DNA from: Patellaria atrata CBS 101060
Taxonomy: Eukaryota
Direction: 5' to 3'
Assembly: GCA_010093705.1 (NCBI GenBank)
Contig: MU006097.1
Span: 968,715 to 1,032,714, forward strand
DNA length: 64,000 bases
In this document: piece by piece, positions 49,780 to 62,100 of the stretch
Numbering within the stretch: the stretch's first letter is position 1
Layout of the letters: each line of letters starts with the position of its first letter
The notes under the pieces: generated by a model
What the model was told of the DNA's origin: nothing
Seen by the model: only the letters and a program-made list of their open reading frames with translations
Databases searched by the model: none
Translations under genes and position numbers: made by a program

Positions 49780-52371
49780 CTATCCCCCCGCAATAACAAC
49801 CCTGCGCCTATCCACCAATCCTGTCCCCACTTCAGCATGCATCCACCCTTACCGGGCGGCTACGCACATCACATCCCACCCCATCGTGGCCTTCTGCCCG
49901 CCAACCATCTTCGAGCCCGCGCGACTGCGAGCCCAAAATAATCTCGAGAAGTCATCAACTGCACACAGTTTTTCTATTTCTAAAGGTAAGGTATTGTTGT
50001 GTTACCCGCGGCATGCACCTCGCAAGAGTCGCAACTCGAAAAGCTATTATTGAATACTGTAAACAGTTTCTAAAAATATGTACCTTACATCCTTGTCCGA
50101 GTAAAACTCGCTACGGTAGATCTTTCCCATTATCCTCCTACAGTACGGAGTAAACCTTTCTTTGACTCCTCTTCAAGACCTCAAGTGTCAACTGTCAAGG
50201 CCTTTGTGAAACTACCTCATCGCCTTCTTTGTTACTCATCTCCCATTTTGAGTGAGCAGGTTGCACCTTTATGACTAAATGTATCAGCCCTAAACCGAAA
50301 TGGCATTTCTGAGATGAGCATGTTTCAGGAAGCCTTGCCCGTACGATCTCGCTTCAGCTGTCTGAAACGACGGAGCTGGCCAGGCAAAGAACGCGTACAA
50401 GCTCGTGACTTCGCGATGCACCGTTCAGGGATGCGGGCATCGATCATATGCTCACACGTCTTCACTCAACGTCAGGTTTTCAGTTTTGTATTCATTCAGT
50501 TTATCGTACTGTACGCTGCCTGTTCGAATCAGCTTCAATTTCACTGTACAGGGAAGAAGAAAGCGTATAGAGAATGAGAAATCGTGCAAATGGCCTAACC
50601 ATCCGCAACCGCGTACCATATGCTTTCTCTAAGCAGTCTCCAATTGCTCGCTATTAGAAGAAAGACTTCCCAGCACAGGTGGTTCCGGTTCAAGCTGTAC
50701 AGGTAATCTAATCGTAGCGATCTGATCTGTTATTCTCCCTCCTCAACCTGTCTTTGACCCCGCCAAAACACGTACTGGGAACGTGTAACTAAAACGTAGA
50801 AATCTGCTTACCATTTACTTCCTCTTCAGGCTCTCTCGGACTTCGCCGTACAGAAAAAGCAAAATCCACTTGGAGCGCGGTACCTGTACAATCGACGTGA
50901 CCGTAAATTATATCGAAATCTTCTATATGGGCCGTTTCACACCTTCTCCTACTATAACACTCCTCACCTCCTGTACGCTTTCCCTTTAAATTATATCCGA
51001 CGATTCAGTATCAGAAAGAGGAGAGCATACTAAGTACGCGCAACCGTACATATAATTCGACTCTATCAGTTGCCTTCCTCTGCATCCCTTCTTCAAGCTA
51101 TCTCCAAACTCCCCATGTCCGATAAAGGTAAGAATGTACAAGAGCTCACACTTATATAGTCCAAATTTCTTGTACCTTCTCCTAAAAAGATACCGAACCA
51201 TATTTTCTTCCTTTCCTATCATCGTTATTTTCCATATTATATCGTCCCCCGACTATCCTGCTTCCGATTTTTCTCTATGAAGAAAACTAGACCGTACGGG
51301 CGATTCGCCGCTATTCAGAAGTTTCAGCCGTAGAGATCATGTAGTTCACACCCAACAGTCCGCCAGAACTATAGATCTCGAACAAGCGTACAGAGGCCGA
51401 AAATTCTTAAACATGGCAAAAGAAAAAAATAATTTAACAATAGTAGGTGGATTTCGAGACTTTTTCTTTTTTTCTTTTTTTTAGGCGTAATACAAAGTAT
51501 ATAACAGCCCTTATTTACTGTCAGCTTGAAGATACAGTTTCCGCCTAAAGACACACAATAGGAAAGCACGTCTAATCACCCTCACTTCCCACATTTACAT
51601 AGTATCAGCAGAACTGTAGAATCATACTTCCATCAGCCCAACCCAAAATCAACCAGCCCGCAATATCAACAAAGCCATTATATTCACTCGACTGCTGAGA
51701 TCGGACCACACATCCGTACTCCCCTCGACTCAGCACTCATACCACCTCCTAATTCCCGTCCATCCACGGCACGAATAAACCACAAGAACCACCCAACGCA
51801 GACCACGGAAACCATGAGGGTCCAAGAGGAAGTCTCACGGCGTAACCAAAAAGACGAGGGCCAGTGTTCCCCTTGTTACCAAGGAGATGGCCCGCAGTAC
51901 TCGACGACGACAGGGGAACGCGTAGATACGATACTATGTGCAGCAACAGCATCCACGTCCCGGTCATGGCCGTGGCTGGTATTCCTCGGACTCTGTGTGG
52001 TTTCCCGCAGAAGTACTAGCAGTATCCGCCGAGCTCTGTTGTCGGGACGCTTGAGTCTTGTGTATGTCTAAGGCCCACCTCATCCGTACGTCTGTTGGGA
52101 CTTGATACAGGAGAGTCTAGCGTACGAAAGGTAAGATATACCACGACGGGGGAAAGGATATATGTCGAGTCTGTTTGACAGCTGCAAAACTGATGGTGCC
52201 TGTTTCGAACTTCTCATGGGAGGAAAAAGTCCAATACGAGGAAATGTTATGGAGGGGTAAGGTATTTTGAGAGGAGCGATTTTCCACACGCAATGACATA
52301 GTTATGCAAGAAGATAAGGTGGTGTATTAAGAGTAACGGCATGTAATAATCACAGAGTGGATAAGGGATAG
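49780..52371 (+). ncRNA. Candidate large structured non-coding RNA (telomerase-RNA-like architecture, identity unproven)
   Basis: No credible ORF. Many nested complementary segments with G-U wobble on the + strand, 5'/3' end pairing, a possible U-rich pseudoknot at 51452-51551, and GTAAGA immediately after the terminal stem. See findings. Confidence 0.5.
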
Positions 52372-52493
52372 GTAAGACATTGTGTATATCACTTCTCTCC
52401 GTTATCATCCCATCGAATTCATACCCTATACACAGAAGTGCATATATCAGTCTATCTCTAATAGTGTAAGCTAAAAAGCAGGTCTAATAAACA

Positions 52494-54793
52494 TCATGAT
52501 CGCTTCCCCAGCATCTCAGAAGCCAATCCGTTCCGTCCCTCATGTCTCGTAACCTCTTCCGCAGCTTTTACCAGATCGTACTGTATCTCATCCGAAACGG
52601 CGCTATCCTTCTTATAGTCCGGATGTGAGCTGACGAAATGACGGATCCATTTCGCTGCAGTCCACAGAGAACCATTCGCTCTCCTCCGGATGAGGTCCAG
52701 ATAAATTGCCAATCCACATCTCGTCTCTACATCAACATTCATGCTATTGAGGTAGTTCTCCACTAACGGAATCAGGCCCGGGAAACCGTCTGATCCTGAT
52801 TGTTGGCCGTTGATGATCTCGTCGACTGTCATTAGATCATATTCATCTTCTACTGCTCCCAATGGTGAAGCAGGCCTGCTGTCTGCTGCGGGAGTTGATG
52901 TTCCAGAGTGACCTTCTGCGGACGTGGTACCGGATCTTGATGAAAAGGGATTTTTCCTAAAATAGAACTTCTGTGTATTGACCGCATCGCGTACGTGTGC
53001 AGTCTCCATGTTCTCAGAGACCCTAACTATCGGTATATAGAAGTTTAGATCGAAACTTAATATCGCTCGGGTGATCAAGACAATGAATATCGAAAAGGCA
53101 GCATTCTCGAAGTCCGTTATTTGTATCTCCATCGGCCTGAACTCAACGCGCCAACCTATGTCAATGCCTGGTGGTGGAGGCTTGAACCGCATGTGCTGCC
53201 AATTAGTGGATTGAAGGTTTTCGAAATGGTCGACTTTGTCCAGATCCAGCACTTTGAGGTCTTCCGCGAATACTACGATTGGATCTCTAATGAAAAGATG
53301 GGCGAAATGAGTAGCAAGTAGCTCGTCCATGCCTCCGTCAAGAAGACGTTGCTTCAATTTCTCATCTACTACAAGGCTAGGATCCATATACTCTCGGCGG
53401 AGGTTTTGATCATTGGAGATATATGTGGAATTAGAGGCGTATCTTGACTTAGGAATTCGCCACCGGTCATTCTTCAGAGGCTATAGGAATCAGTTGGAGC
53501 TTTATTTGTATCGATGGGGTTCATTTACCTTCTCCCCTAATTCCTCTGCTGTTCGATCATCGACAGCTCGACTGATCTGATTCCACCTGACATCAGTATC
53601 CGCAAGGAACCCTTTATATATCGGCGTTGCAGCCGTCAATGCCAGTAAGATTGGCCCTAATGGGCTGAGTTGATCATACATCTTACGTCCTTCTTCTATG
53701 TTCTTGGCTTGAAAAGTAATTTGAAGGCAGCAACTACCCATACCGAATGCCATGGCATCCATGTATATATGGTTATTCTTCGCAGCACCGTTACGAACAT
53801 CGTCATCTTCTGGCCATTTGTGGAGGTTATAGTTGACTGTTGGATCCTTGAAAGGCCAGGTAGTGTTTTCATCCCTAAAGACAGGGACGTTTATCTCGAC
53901 TTTCCGACCTCTCCTTGCTCGAATATTGGCTGCAAGGGTGGGAAATCGTATGTGAGGATTAGCTATCTCATCAGGTAGAAATTGAGAGCGTAACTTCTCC
54001 CCAGAAACAGGATAAGATGGAGTTGTGCAGTCATTTCTACCAAGCCTGGGGAATGTTGTTAGAGTAATAGGGTACTCTGTCCTGGCCATATGTTCTTTTG
54101 CTATTATTCGCCTGTAAAATATATTAGTTTGAGAACAAGATCGGAGAAACGCTTGCAGTACCTCCGCTTCATATTTGGTTCGACATCCAAAAGATCCTTG
54201 AATCCGATTCCCCATGGTTTACCGGGGGTTGCCTCCAGCATAAATCTTCCAAACTCAGGATGGAATACAGGTGCGGTATCCCCCTCCCTGATCTCAGTTA
54301 GTGTCTATAGTAGAACAGCTCGTGAACTAATAGAACTGACTGGATGGGCCCTCTATGGACATCCTCGACTCCACCCCCTTCCCTTAGAAGCTTCTCATCA
54401 CCAGCTAAAGCTGCGAGGATATCGGCTTGCCGAAGAGACAACTTGACCTTTCGAGCAGCATCGTCGTAGCATACTACGAGATATTCAATCTAGGAAGTGT
54501 AAGCAAGTGAACAATCAAGCTCAGTCAGTCGACTATACTGACCTCGTCTCCCCAAAGGAGAGCATCACGTTCTTTTCCTCTGGCTCTACGCCACGTTGCA
54601 AGTAATTGCTTTTCGAAACATAAACACGTGGATTTGGAAAAGAATCTGAGCAAGAAGTACCTCGATTCCCCATTCCCTAACTTGAGGGGCAGCCTTTTTG
54701 GCTTCGGACCAATCCAACGGTGTCCCGAGGGCTCTGGCAACGGCTGTCAGTGCGTGCTTACACACTATTGGCTAGTCCTTACAGAAGGCCCAT
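52494..54793 (-). CDS. GSH1: Glutamate-cysteine ligase (gamma-glutamylcysteine synthetase) catalytic subunit, multi-exon
   Basis: Spliced N-terminus MGLL|ALGTPLDW..WGIE|QLL..LLWGDE|IEY; then HPEFGRFMLEATPG, HIYMDAMAFGMGSCCLQITFQ, HFENLQSTNWQHMRFKPPP, GWRVEFRPME. Confidence 0.97.
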
Positions 54794-57407
54794 TTTCAGT
54801 CCAACTCAGACTGCAGTGGCTGCCTGAACACAAAAGCGACGCATCTGTTTCTGAGGCTTGATCTACGTCTAGAGGAGAATTGTGGAAGAGCTGATTCTGA
54901 TGCAAAAGACCGAAATTCGGACTCCAGATTTGCGTAGATCCGCACAGGCGTTCGTGTGGATCTTCACTGCAGGGCGGACGCAGCGGATATAGCCGTATTA
55001 TTCCCTCGTGCTGGGATAGTTTCGATGAATGCGTGGATAGAATTCCGGCTTGCTGATATTACGGCTTTTGTTCAGATATACGGATTTGGGGGGTTGTGGC
55101 GTCGACGTATTCGAGGACTCTCGTCGGAACGGATCTTCACCGATTTTCTAGTCAGAAATTGACATCACACGCCTTATTACTAGGCACATATCCCTCTCTA
55201 GGCTGTTGAGTCTGAAGGAGAGATTCCCAGCTGATTCCAAGGTTGGGATAAAATGAATATTGGTTTGGAATCTCTCGCTGCTGATAAATCAACTGGAGAA
55301 GACATTTCTTTAGAACTAGTCTCTACGGGCCATGACGGAATCCAACCCATTCCTAAATGGGAACCCTAATTCTAACGACCGCTAAGGATTGCCCTTTGGA
55401 GGCCCGAACATCATTACTTCTACCTTAGTTTTTAAGTGATATACGCCAAATGTTGACGTCTATCGGTCAGGTTAAAGAAAGATGGTAGAAAATCATTATG
55501 GAGGCAAAAGTATCTAACTGCATGAAAGCAATCTACTCGCCTATTATTGAGTCCTCCTGCTTTGGTATCACTGAATAGATGACCTTGCTGACATGAACAA
55601 GGCCTTGATTTGCTACAGTATCAGCGGCGCATTTGCCAACATACGGCACGGCGATCCTGCTTATGACGAAGCATTCCGTATTTCGAGTACATACGCATAC
55701 GCGTAAGGTACAGTGACCATGCTGAAATGCTTTCCCGCTTAATCATGCACACTTCAGTGATATTGAAGGTCTCTGTCCGTTGTTATCCCACAGCTTTGGG
55801 AAGTAGGAGCTGGAAACAGTTTCAAAATGACTAGCCGCTTGTTTGAGTTTCGGGCCTCCGATATACCTAGGCACAATCGGTTCATTGAATCTCTTTAATG
55901 GGGTTAAAGAGTAAAGACGTGAATGTTTGGCCCCCAATGTAGCTGTACAGCATTATCTTCGAGAAAGCCTCAGGAACACTAGTCCCTGGCAGATGATCGG
56001 AATCGGGATGCCTAACAGTATCTCCATCGGAAAATATACGTATGATTGAAACGTGCCATTAAATCAGGCGACTAGTTCTAACGCCTAACGTCTATTCACC
56101 TCGCTATCCTATGGGATGTTGTAGCACTCCCCCCTTCTTACGAGCATGAACCTTCCACGACCGACTTATAACCTTGCCATGAAATCTTAGTCCTATATAC
56201 ACCAGGCTGTGTTGCTCAGCACGTCCTTATGCTGGCCGGACAGAAGCGAGCTGCAGAGATGCGGTACGGCGCGGATGTAGAGACTGAACCCCCCCGAGTT
56301 GCGTTTTCGACGGGCTTTCTGGGGAGTATGTGCCTGCGGCTACCAGCATATTGACAAGAAGATCGCAAATATCGATCTGTGACTGAGGTTGCTGTAAGAG
56401 AATGCACATGCGGGTAGCCGTGCTCTGCCATGCTATTCGTCCTGACGGGTGTCCGTGCTTCCGTTCATCGTTCTGCTTATTCTGGATGATAGGCAACCGC
56501 TGAATTGCCTGATGTCTTGCGTGGCTCTTGGTGGTTGAGCAGCTCGCTGGGCACAGCGTCATCTCACGTAGTATGATAGGTAGATAGGAGAGAATGAAAT
56601 GATAGTTGAGAGTACAAAGCTCTACTTCGGTGGCAGTAACCGCAGGATATATCTAAGTACAAAATGTGTCTGAATGGTATCAACAGATATGTATAGTGCA
56701 ATCAGACCTTTGCGCAAACTATGAACCCACACCCTTCATACATGTCGTACACGTGCTCAAGGATTCCAGCAGCCAACCTGTGACTCACAGCCAATTACCT
56801 ATTACGACGCTGACGTCCCCAAATCCCACATGTTGTGCTCTTGGCAGAATAGAGAGAGGTAACACGAGTGACAAAAATGGGCCGCTGCGAACGAATGTGC
56901 AGATATCCAACTAGGTATACGTTGGAATCCATAATACAGGGACAGCTAACGATAATAAACAACGGGGTGGTATTTCGAGAGAACAAGGTAAACAGGAAAG
57001 GCAAAAGCGGACAAGCGCTATATGTACGTAAAGCACGACAATAACTTCATAAAGATGAACAATTATGAATCCTCGCAAGTAAATCCGAGTATTAGGAATC
57101 CCAGATGTTTTGCGCGCCGGCAAATGCACTTCGCGGCTCTTATATCCCCTTGAGCCGCGCCCAACTATACCAAATGCTTGACCGTTCCCCTGGTAGATCA
57201 AATGAGACCGATCAACGCCACCCCTAAAATCCGCCATTAGCAAAAGATGATGTCCACGAATCTTCTGGACGAGACTCCGTCAATGCCTGCATGATATTTT
57301 CTGAATGCTCCAACGCCAGTCAGTGATGTAGTTATGTAGTAGATACTGTGTAATTGAGTTCATCTGTTGCTTCGTAATGCTCAATCTCTTCAAATCGAAA
57401 CTGTAGG

Positions 57408-59170
57408 TCATGCATTTGGAGAACCAGGACCCATAGATCTAGGTCGTAAATTCGAACTACCGATCGCAGCTTTGTTTGTACCCATTTTGCGGGTTAGCTT
57501 GGCATAATCTGCTACTAGATTAGCATCTCATGCCGTGAACTTTCAGGTCGAACAACTTACGTAGACCGCAAGCATTACACAATGTACGTGCACCATCCGG
57601 CCCTCTACGCCATTCCGGGGTTTCAGCTCGATTACAGCTATGGCATCGACCGGGAGGAGCGGCTCTCTGAGTAAAAGTTAGTGCCGGTTGGTTTTGGCTA
57701 TATATACCAGATTTGAACTCACTCCGCCACGTCTCTTCTTAGGGTCTGCGCCCGCAAACCCTCCTCCCTTTGAGTCATCCTGATAGGGCGCGCTGTCTTC
57801 GGGATCATACCCATTTCCAGCTTTGTATCGATTATCTTGAGCTTGCTCCATCGCAACCTGCTGAGTGACGACTACTTCACGAATGCGCTGCATCGCTTCC
57901 TGGAGGCGATGTGACTGCTTCATTAAATCATCAACCTCCTGGAGTGAGGGAAGGGATCCAACAACGGGGCCTGAACGCTGTGTTTGATGTGCGCGCTGGC
58001 CATAATGTTTGCTGAAATCAAGCATTCTCCCGCTGCTGTCCGCAATCTAGTCATGTTAGTAATGACTACCAGTAGTCGGTCACAGAAGAACTTACTTCAT
58101 TGAGGGAAGCCTCAATATCGAAATTTTCTAAGTGCCGTTTGACAGACTCCCCATAAGCGAAACCTCCTACACGACCCGCTCTTTTGTTCTCTTCGGCGCG
58201 GTTGATTTCAGTTCCGTCTGAGCGCCACGTTGGAGGATATCTGGGAGGTGCAGAATAGGTTGCTGATGCCGAGGGAGGGAACATCGAACCAGATGCACTT
58301 GGAGGGGGGGCTGAGTAAGGATACTGAGATGGCGGATACGGTTGATATGCATAAGGACCATTCATCGATCCACTGGGTGGAGCACTTTGTTCGTACGCTG
58401 GTGAGGTTTGCTGTTGTGGTGGTTGCTGATATGAATAAGGTAAGCTTTGCCGAGCGGCAGTTATGGGTGAATGATTGGTTCGAATTGGATGTAATGTTGG
58501 CAATTTGCTGGTTTGCGAAGATGCCATAGGAGGACCTAAATTTGGATCTGGTGGATTATGGCTGTAAGGTGCTGTCAAGGCAGGTGCTTGGTTCATGAAA
58601 GGACTCCGACTTGCCGTCGGGGCGTATGAGTTGGGGGTGGGTTGATTTTGGGAGTCTGCGGGGAATGACTTTCGGTGATCTAATGGCGAACTTGACTGAT
58701 GTGGATGATAGGGCTGTGGAATAGAGGTGGTAGCTGCGCTGACAGGTGGGTAGGAAATTGGTTGATCTGCGCCTAAGGCTTCGTGAATTGATGGCAGAGA
58801 CTGTCTTTGGGGTTGCCTCTGTTCTTTTTCATCTCCAGATGTGCGACGAGACTCAGGAGGCGATATTAATCCTGACAGTGCACTTGGTATAGGATTGGTT
58901 TTCACCGTTGTTTGAGCCTGGCCGTATGGCGGAGGTGGGATAGAATAGTGGGACGAGGGGCTAACCATTGCCGGGGCGGAATGTTTACGTTGATAATCCT
59001 CTTCCCTCTGATGCTTTTCTAAGTCGAGATGATTGATGGAAGGAAGGGCAACACTATGAGATAGTCAGAATAACCTCTAGCCATAGAGGCTTAAGATTCG
59101 ATTTCGGTTGAGCAGTTGGCGGGAGAACAAACACGGACCTTTGCCTACTCCCACCTTCCACCTGATCCAT
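57408..59170 (-). CDS. nsdD: GATA-type developmental transcription factor NsdD/SUB-1 ortholog
   Basis: GATA finger [36 protein letters not shown] (about 57665-57563, missed by the ORF track), [33 protein letters not shown] at 57410-57408. The exon continues upstream of ATG 58968 (VALPSINHL), so a first exon from ATG 59170 is tentative (weak donor). Confidence 0.9.
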
Positions 59171-62100
59171 CGCGGCCGAAAAGGGTAGTTATGCACAATG
59201 ATGTGGAATTTTAATGGGGCCCAGATGTCTTTTGGTACAGCTTGTTCCGAAGTTTTACGTGGCTACCCGAACCAACCTAAAGATCGCGAACACCTACACA
59301 GAACGCGCCTTCCAGGTATAATAAATCTCGCTTCAGGTTCTTCAGTCGCTTCCCAGCTCTTCCCTAATAAGATGATCAAACCACTTCCCTTTTCAGACGT
59401 CGCGAACCGTACAATTTGGGACCAATTCGTCCCGTGCGGCTGACTGCGTGGGTAGGATACCTTCCCGTAAGGTGGAAGGTCACGGTATTCCGTGGTCTCG
59501 GATGGATGTCGCGCAATTCGATCCAAGTCTGATGTTTGACGTAAAACACTCGTGGCGAGCAACGATATGACGGAGAATTCAATAACGAGAGGAAATGTCT
59601 CTCTGGTTGTTAAGGTCCAGAGTGCCCAAAAGGATGTATGTCTCGTTCAATTGCCCGGAAATAAATGAGCGTCAAGAGGATGGATTCCAATCGTCGTTAA
59701 ACGCAGATTCCGCTCCGGAGTCCAGTCGTTCTTGGGAATAGCAGCGCAGCGTTCGGTAAGGTGGGTACGGTGTTCTTGGGTGAGATGGTAAGATGTTGTT
59801 AGGAGGAAGTTGAGGTTTGGATGACGGTTTCGAGGTGCATGATCCGGGAGCAGTGGCCAGTGGGTCGCAACTTCCGTACTGAATGGGCTTGCAAGGTATG
59901 GTAGGGGGAGGGGGGAAACGGGGATAGTGCTGTCAAGCAGAGAAATCAAGAGCCAGATTCGATCGGAGATGACCCGCTCTCAAGCAACAGGGCTGCCCAG
60001 GTCTTAACGGGGGTCCTTGGTGTGATGGACGTATATCCTACCCCTCTGCGTAGAGGCAAGGGTTCGCCAAAAAAGGCCATCCAACGGTGTGTTCTCACCC
60101 TGTAAGCGATGCGCCAGTCAGTCGAGGCGAGGTTGATCACAAAAGGGAACGGAGACGAAACGGGCCTTCTAGAGGATGTGGCTGCCGCCGCTGGCTGTGC
60201 AAGACATTGGACTGATTTTAGGTTAAACAGTTTTTGGGGCACGCGAAAGGGGGGATACAGAGTGCTGTAGCTGCTTGTAGCCGTCTGTATGTAGGCGTCA
60301 GAAGTTCAGAAGAAGGGTGAACAGCGTGCAGATTATTATTGTAGTAACAGGTTAGCAACTACACAACTAGCAAGTTTAGGCAAGACGTGGAACATGGAAG
60401 CCATGAACACTGATGGGGACTACTGTACGCACATCAACCCGGCGACTGAGAGGCGAGCTTGTCGAACCTTCGAACGAGGGGTGCCGCCGGGTTTACTGGT
60501 TTCGACTGGGCATCATTTTCTATCTTAGCTGGTTTAGACGCTCTTCCACACCTCGATTCATCCTCGATTCAACTCCCAGACTCTTCTCGACAGGAAGATC
60601 ACTTCTTCTACTCTCAAATTTGCCCCCCCTCAAACATCCACAGCACCCCCCGAACGAGCCAAAGATCAGCGTGCTTAGTAGGATTTTGCCCGACCGAAAA
60701 CCGCACCGAAAAAATAATGCATGATACGAAGTTTGAGTGTGCTCTAGCGCTACTAATGCAGAAGCACTTACTTGGACGGAATACCTGATAAAGGCACTCC
60801 TCCTATTCATCGCACAGTCTGGTTCTGTCCCATCGCAACTCCACAAGCGGTTGCTTATTATTGCTTTGTACGATGGGACATTATTAGGTATATCATATCA
60901 TGAAAGTAGTGCTCTGATGCATGACGACCGTTCAAACAATCACCCACAACTGCGGCAGCACCGCAGCATCTTTCGAGGAGAAAACACGGCAGTTGTTTGG
61001 ACGAGCTGTTTTGAGCAGCTCTGCGGGCGCTGGGCAGGCTGAGATTTGCCGCTACTCTATCTCACCTTTTCTTTAACCTAGTATACTATTGTGCGCCGCC
61101 CGCATCGTCTTGCAGGCGTGGCAGGCATTTCGAACATAGAGGACATCAGAGAGGAATGTATTGACGGATCTGAAGGGTCTTGACCTGGAACGGAACCAAT
61201 CACACGTGCTTACAGCTCCATGGCTTGGATGTCGATTGTTGCAGCTGGCACGGCTGGGTGTTCCATAGGATCCCGAAACAACGGAACAAAGGCGGAACGA
61301 ATCATGGTACGCGTGTCAGGCAAGCCTTCGAGACGATCTCGATCTTAAGGGCAGGCTAGCATCGAAACCATCTATCGCTTTGCCAGAGGTGCCCCTTAGG
61401 TTGAAGCCATGTCCCTGCAAATGCCCGGTAACCCGCGGTAGAGCTATAATAAGTTCACATATAAGACCATTATTCAGGAGACACTCACTGTAAATTTTTG
61501 GTAATTTAAAAAGATTCATCACGTGCACCCTTCCCTTGCCTTTCCAAGTGCATATTGCTGTTATTGACTTTTGTATCTCCGACGGAAGTTCGTACCAGTA
61601 GTAGTAGTAAATAATATACTACCTTTCGAAATCTTGAATCTATTCGGAGCGATGCATGCCGAAGTAAGCTTTTTCAGATTGATTGCTGCCCACATCTTCT
61701 TCATTTCTGACGCAAGACACCCCACTGCCGACTGTTCTTCTTGGGAGCTTATAAGCGTAGCGTATATTCTTTCCAAGATTTGTCTTGTCCTAGCGACTCT
61801 GGCAGATATTCAACGGAGATTCAGATCCAGATGAGATCCTGCATTATGTTTATGCCTCTCGCCTCCGCACCTGCGACTTAACACGTTCCCTGCAGCATTT
61901 TCATTACCATAAATCGTCGCGCAGAATCGGCACTCAGCACAACCGGGTTGCTCGACGAATCATGCAGTATCGGATCAGAAACAAAGCTCTTACGTCTAGC
62001 CAGTAAGAATACGACTCATGCACGCTTCGACGGAAAGGATATGGAAAGTTCTTCGTTGATGGACATCCACGACATCGTAAAACGATACAATACGGGCGCG

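Noticed and set aside
51807..52062. RNase P/MRP, SRP, U3 or snR30 identity for the structured region
   Set aside because: GAAGTCTCA/TGAGTCTT gives a U-U mismatch rather than the bulged-U P4 helix. I saw no SRP helix-8 motif or U3 boxes. AAACCAT and TATTCCT occur in the reverse order to the snR30 m1/m2 motifs.
56216..57243. Small ORFs downstream of nsdD
   Set aside because: Likely 3' UTR or intergenic; no homology cues.
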